Assembly (NCBI RefSeq): GCF_001194135.2
Contig: NC_069003.1
Span: forward strand, 22,413,707 to 22,477,706
DNA from: Octopus bimaculoides
Lineage: Eukaryota
Direction: 5' to 3'
Length of the DNA: 64,000 nt
Position numbers and translations under genes: made by a program. Of this stretch, positions 61,642 through 64,000 are shown piece by piece. The notes under the pieces are model-generated. The model ran no database searches. It was not told the origin of the DNA and worked only from the letters and a program-made list of their open reading frames with translations. Positions within the stretch are counted from its first letter, which is position 1. Each line of letters opens with the position of its first letter.

Positions 61642-62030
61642 TGATGATGATGATGATGATGATGGCCGTCCACTCGTGACCGAGGAAGACCATTGCCGAC
61701 CTTCAGGAACATTGTGCGCTCTAGGACTAACTTATATTTTGCATTTGTGGCTCCTTTGGTGGCTAATGAGTCCTGCACTTGACAAGCATACATGACTGCA
61801 AACATTACAGACCAAGCTTTCCCCATTCACTATACGAGCCATGCGCTTTCGAGCAGCTCGCTTAAGTTCTTCATGCTGGATACGTGCTCTCTCAAAAGTG
61901 TCGATCCCCTCCTTAACCTGCTTCCTCCATCCGTGGCGATGACAGGCATTGTTCTCCCAGTCAGTGTCCTGCATATCACAGGCCTTTAATGAGGACTTGA
62001 CACAGTCCTTAAATCGCAGCCTTGGTTTCA
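61642..62030 (-). mobile_element. Second RTE-like LINE 3' end with C-terminal C2H2 finger and (CAT)n tail
   Basis: KPRLRFKDCVKSSLK..DWENNA..R.GWRK.V.EG..FE then CNVCSHVCLSSAGLISHQRSH*; short UTR; (cat)n. Confidence 0.75.
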
Positions 62031-63194
62031 TACATACATACACACACATTTTAACTATAAGGATTCATTAGAATCTAGGCACATAAAACGTGGGAAACTG
62101 GAAATGTCTAGGTACAATAACATAGAGCTCACAGTGATGTAAACAACATTGAAGACATCAAGTATTGGTAGATACTGTAGATATCCTAGTACCAAATCCA
62201 ATTTGAATCATAGGTCCAACTCTGGAGTTGGTCCTTGGTGTGGCGCAGGTGTAAAAAGTAAACACAAATGGCATTTAAAATTTAGCATAGCTGTTTTGGT
62301 AGAATCTTAATGCATTCATAGAAATTACCTTATTTTAACACATATAAGGAACCCCTTTTTGTCAAAAATTAGGTTAAAAAAATATGGGAGTTTCTTAAAC
62401 ATGGATAGTATTATAATCCCTTACAAAACTTTTTTGCCAAATTTTAAGCCCCCAAAATTAGGGGGTTCCTTATACACGTTAAAATACAGTACACCATAAT
62501 ATGCAATCCACCACCACCAGGTAAAATTTTGAACATCTGAGATTTTTTATGCCAACTTGTTACAAATTGAGAGTTAGTTCAGCCAGTAGATTACATGCTA
62601 CGATATAATCTATGAATGCATTAATAAAATTCTACTGAAACAGCTGTTGTAAATTCTAAACACTTTTCATATAAATTTATGTCTGCTCACATATATGGAT
62701 ATATGTGTGTATGCATATACATATGTATATATAATTAAATGAGGAAACAAGAAATACAAATTGATGTTACAATATTTTCAGTAAACAAACATTCCTTATC
62801 ATACACACGCACATGCACATATATATACATATATATATATACATACATACATAGGCAATAAAATAACATTCTTGTTCATTCACTTTGTCAGACATCATTA
62901 TTTGAAACGCATTTGGCTTAAAAGAACAAATATGCAATGCAATATAGATTTATAACATTTCATGGGTTGTGTTGACTCCATCCAAATATACAAGATGTAT
63001 ACAATCCTTCATGAGCAAACTTCTATGTGTTTGAAATGTCAAAAGGATATACATTAATTGACTAAGAGAAAATAGAAGACAATATTCAACTAGAGCCTGT
63101 CAGTAACCAGGTTTTTACATGACGTACTAATGAAGTGATAGCCTAGATTATAATTATCCTCTCAAATTTTACACACACACACACACACATATAT

Positions 63195-63400
63195 TCTTTT
63201 ATTTGTTTCAGTCATTAGACTGCAGCCATGCTGGGGCACTGCCTTCAATTTTTAGTTGAATGGACTGATCCTAATTTTTATTCTATCAGACCTTTTTGCC
63301 AAACTGCTAAGTTATGAGGACATAAACACGCCAACACCAGTTGTCAAACTGTGGTAGCAGAACAAACACAGACACAAAGGCACACACACACACACACACA
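63195..63400 (-). mobile_element. SINE family B, 3' half
   Basis: cttttatttgtttcagtcatt..gccatgctggggcac..tttttgccaaactgctaagttatg. Confidence 0.7.
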
Positions 63401-64000
63401 CACTGATATGTATATATTGGGCCAACAGGTTTTGGGATCTGACAATACACCATAAAGCTAAACCCTTTGTGGATGGAAACCTAAGGTAATCCCACAAACG
63501 GGCCTTCCCCATTTCAATATATATAGAAAACAAAGTTATTTTATTCCACATGGGTAGAAATATAAGAGAAATAGAAGTTGAAAATGCACTGAGAATAGTT
63601 AAAATATTTTTTATTATTATATTTAAAGATTTAACCAGCTTCACAGTTTACACTGATTTTCAAAGATTTGAAATAGAAAGAGGTGGCTTATGTCGCACCT
63701 GTTTTGCTTGACTAGTGTTTAAAGCCTGCCCTATTTTTATAGGGAGTTCATGGCTCAAATTAGTATATGTTTTGAATAGAGTCTGATTGGTAGAGGATAG
63801 TCACATGACTGGTTTTGGAAATTTTGTACGATCTCCACTACATTCATGTGTTAGTATCAAGTGACAATGTTTAGTGTCTTAAGTTAAGGCTGTCACAGTT
63901 GATTGAACAAATCTAGTGGTAGTACTAAGTTAGTATCACATGGCAGTATATTTTGCACCTAAAATAAAGGCCAACACGGTTGAGTGAACATGTTTAATTA

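Overview
AT-rich, microsatellite- and transposon-dense eukaryotic genomic DNA with several N gaps. The repeat complement suggests a coleoid cephalopod, probably Octopus (inference). One protein-coding gene is well supported: a + strand CWC22 homologue (spliceosome factor that loads eIF4A3/EJC; MIF4G + MA3 domains). I traced 17 coding exons from about 19270 to the stop at 54588, all GT-AG with consistent phases, giving about 2060 aa, more than twice human CWC22. The extra length comes from a 3.26-kb exon encoding a ~1070-aa charged, R/D/S-rich N-terminal region, plus expanded Ser- and R/D-rich C-terminal exons. The start exon is not securely placed. The rest is mobile DNA: tRNA-derived SINEs, RTE LINE fragments and their 3' tails, R4/Dong-type fragments in (TAA)n tracts, DD37D (maT) Tc1/mariner relics, and Tc1-, hAT- and piggyBac-type MITEs. 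Most interesting: (i) three hammerhead-ribozyme-like motifs in CWC22 introns, two of them an inverted pair in a 160-bp fold-back element; (ii) exon 13 has the layout of an EJC-repressed recursive-splicing exon whose skipping gives a premature stop, a possible autoregulatory loop; (iii) genomic substitutions at conserved residues that A-to-I editing would revert; (iv) the giant disordered N-terminal exon. Exon coordinates were read base by base; most repeat boundaries are approximate.
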